A DNA stretch of 52,621 nucleotides, taken from an uncultured Planctomycetia bacterium (lineage in GTDB: Bacteria > Omnitrophota > Gorgyraeia > Gorgyraeales > Gorgyraeaceae). The stretch lies in contig CAYULJ010000001.1 of NCBI GenBank assembly GCA_964445715.1, positions 1 through 52,621 of the forward strand. The letters are read 5' to 3'. Positions 48,501-51,500 of the stretch are shown in pieces. The translations under genes and the position numbers were made by a program. The notes beneath the pieces are model-generated. The model saw only the letters and a list, made by a program, of their open reading frames with translations, had not been told where the DNA came from and did no database searches. Positions within the stretch are counted from its first letter, which is position 1. Every line of letters starts with the position of its first letter.

Positions 48501-51500
48501 AGGATAACCGAAAATTAGGTTACAGGCTTCTACCTGACTTGGATGAAGCAGTGATTAGCGACATAGAGAGTTTTGTTATAGATAGAATAAGGGCAGGTGT
48601 TAGGGATTTGGTCTTGCTGGGCATAGGTGGTCAGGCCTTAGGAAACATTACACTTCAGGAGACATTGGTTTCCACTCTCTATAACAGATTTCCGCAGTTA
48701 AGAGGCAGTTATCCAAGGATACATATCCTTGATAATGCTGACGCGCAAGACCTGAGCAGATATTTAAAAGAGAACAGACTCGATCCCAATACGACAGATA
48801 TATATATCAGCTCTAAGTCAGGCGGGACTGTAGAGACGCTGTCTAATGCGTACTTCTTCCTTAATTGGCTAGAAGGGTCTGTAGGCGAAAAAGAGGCGAT
48901 CAAACATATTGTAGTTACTACCAATGATGCAGAGAAGGGGTTACTTTATGGCTTTGCGAAGGAGAAAGGTATAAAGATGTGGTTTATACCCACTGAACAG
49001 GATGAAGATGTCCCTGGCAGGTACTCAGTGCTTTCAGTGAGTGGATTGCTCTCTGCTGCGTATGCAGGCGTTGATGTGCGTAAACTTCTTGAAGGCGCAA
49101 AGTCAATGCATAGTAAGCTGGAATCAGATGACCCCAGGGAAAATCCTGCGTTCCGCGCAGCGATCTTAGCCTATCTTGCTTATTTGGATGGGAAAGATAT
49201 TTTTATTCTAGGCACATATTCGGAAAAACTGCGCTCATTCGCTGATTGGTTAAGACAGTTATTCGGAGAGAGTTTAGCAAAAGACGGAAAAGGTATATTT
49301 GCCGGAGTAGCATCTGGTGTTGATTCTATAGAGGCATTAATAAATAGCCCTGATGACAAGCTTTTTATTCTTTTAGACTATTTACCCGAAGGGATCGTGC
49401 CTCCGGAATTTCGCGATAGATATAGTATCAATTTAGAAATAGAGCATTTGGATGAATATACCGCAGGTCAACTTCTTTACTTCTTCGAGGAATTTACAGT
49501 TAGGTTTGCCAGCCTTTTAGGGATCAATCCTGTTATTCAACCTAAGGTTGGCCTATTGAAGACAGTATTCCAGGACCTTGCTAGAGAGCCCCTGAGTAGA
49601 AAAATAAAGACCCGTCTATTTCTCGATGATAGTTTTGCCTTTGGAGAAGGAGGCATAGATGGGGATGAGTTACGATCGAAAGAACTAGAGGCCAGGGAGA
49701 TTTTAGATGCAACTACAGTTACAGAACCCAAAGAATTATTAACCTGTTTACGAGGATACTTTAAAGAGGTTAGCGCCCAGATAAACAGAGAAAAAATAGA
49801 GCACCTTATTATTATTGGCAAGCGGGCGCACACGTTAAAGGCGCGTGCCCTAAGCATGGCTTTTAGTGACATAAAAGTCCATGTATTTGATGAGACTAAG
49901 TCTGAGACAGTCGAAGATCTATTGCGACTGATCGGGCCTAAAAGTACATTGGTTCAGGTGATGACTGAGCCAGGAGATAAGAGGGAAGATTTTATTCACT
50001 ACAGAGCAGTATATACGTGGGTAAGGAGGCATTATCCAAATCACATAATCGCCACAACAAATGATCCAGAAGGTAGATTTCCTGAGTTTGTAGATGAGGA
50101 TAATGTTGTTAAATTAGGCTTGCCGCAAGAAATTCAAGAAGCATGTTCAGTCAAAGGGATTTCAACAAATGAGATCTTGCCAGCGTATATATTAGGAGTG
50201 GATTTAGAAGAATTGCATAAGGGTATCTTGGGCGTCTCTACGGAATTAGCTGCTCGAATTTTAGCTATACAGTATTTAGCATCTAAAGAAGGGAGAAAGA
50301 TAAATGTAGTATTTACCTATTCTAATGCCCTAAAAGGATTTAACTCCTGGCTAAAGGCAAGGTTTAGACAAGCTTTGGCAGGACTATATAGTCATCCTTA
50401 TGTAGAGACTGCGATTGGTACGACAGATAATCATTCTATCATCGAAGGCATACTCAATGGCCCTAATAATGTCTTCACTATTTTTATAGGGCTATTAGAA
50501 GACCCGGCTTATACAGATGTGCTTAGAGAGGGTGAATTTGCCAGTCCTTTGGTGCCAGATTATCTTTTAGGGAATAGTATGACGGATATATCCACTAAAT
50601 TCCGATTAGGCGCGAGTGAGACTTTTACCAGAGAAGCCAGGTCGAATGTTACTGTAGAGGTACCCCGCCTAGATGCCCGCTCATTGGGAGAGCTGTTTGG
50701 GTTGTTTGAGATGGCAGCGGTCGGGCTTAGAGGGTTGATTATTAATGATGAAGCTGATGAAAGTCCTCATGAAAGATTCAAGATAGCTAGCGAATCGCTT
50801 AGTCAAACAAGTGCCTTGGAATGGGTGGGACCTGACTTACTTGATAAGTTAAAGGAGATAAATGAAGGCAAAGAGCCAATAGCGATAGACCTTAATATTA
50901 ATACACTGCCAGAAGTCTGGGAGATGGATATCCAGGATTTATCGGAAAAGTATAATGTAGATCCTGGCCAGTTTGTCGTATTAAAGCTTGTCTCGACTGA
51001 TTTTGAGGGGAATATAGTTATCCATATAGTGGCTGATAGGCTCGAGCGGATCAATATCAGTAATCTTGGTACCGTATTTTCCCCTATACAGGATACGTAT
51101 CTTTATAATTTGCGAATAATATTGGATTATAAACAAAATTCTGTTATTAGCGAGGAGCGTTATATAAGTAAGGAGATCAGAGGAAAAGGCCTGGGGCATG
51201 AAATACACGTTAATCTAAAAAGGTTATTAGTCAAGTACGGATTTGCAGGATTTTCAATACAAACGTCAGCAGTTAATTTTTACACAGCAAGGACATTCTT
51301 TTCTCTTTACAATGCAGAGATTGACTGGTCAGATCCTTTGAATTTTATAGGTAGGAGGCAAGGGAGATGGAGAGGAATTTTTTCTCGCCTTGGCATTACG
51401 ACATCTACAGATACTGAAAACTTACCTATAAAAGAACTAATGCCAGACCTTTCATTTTTCTATTTAAGAGATTTTCTTAATAGGGCTAAGACAGAGGATG

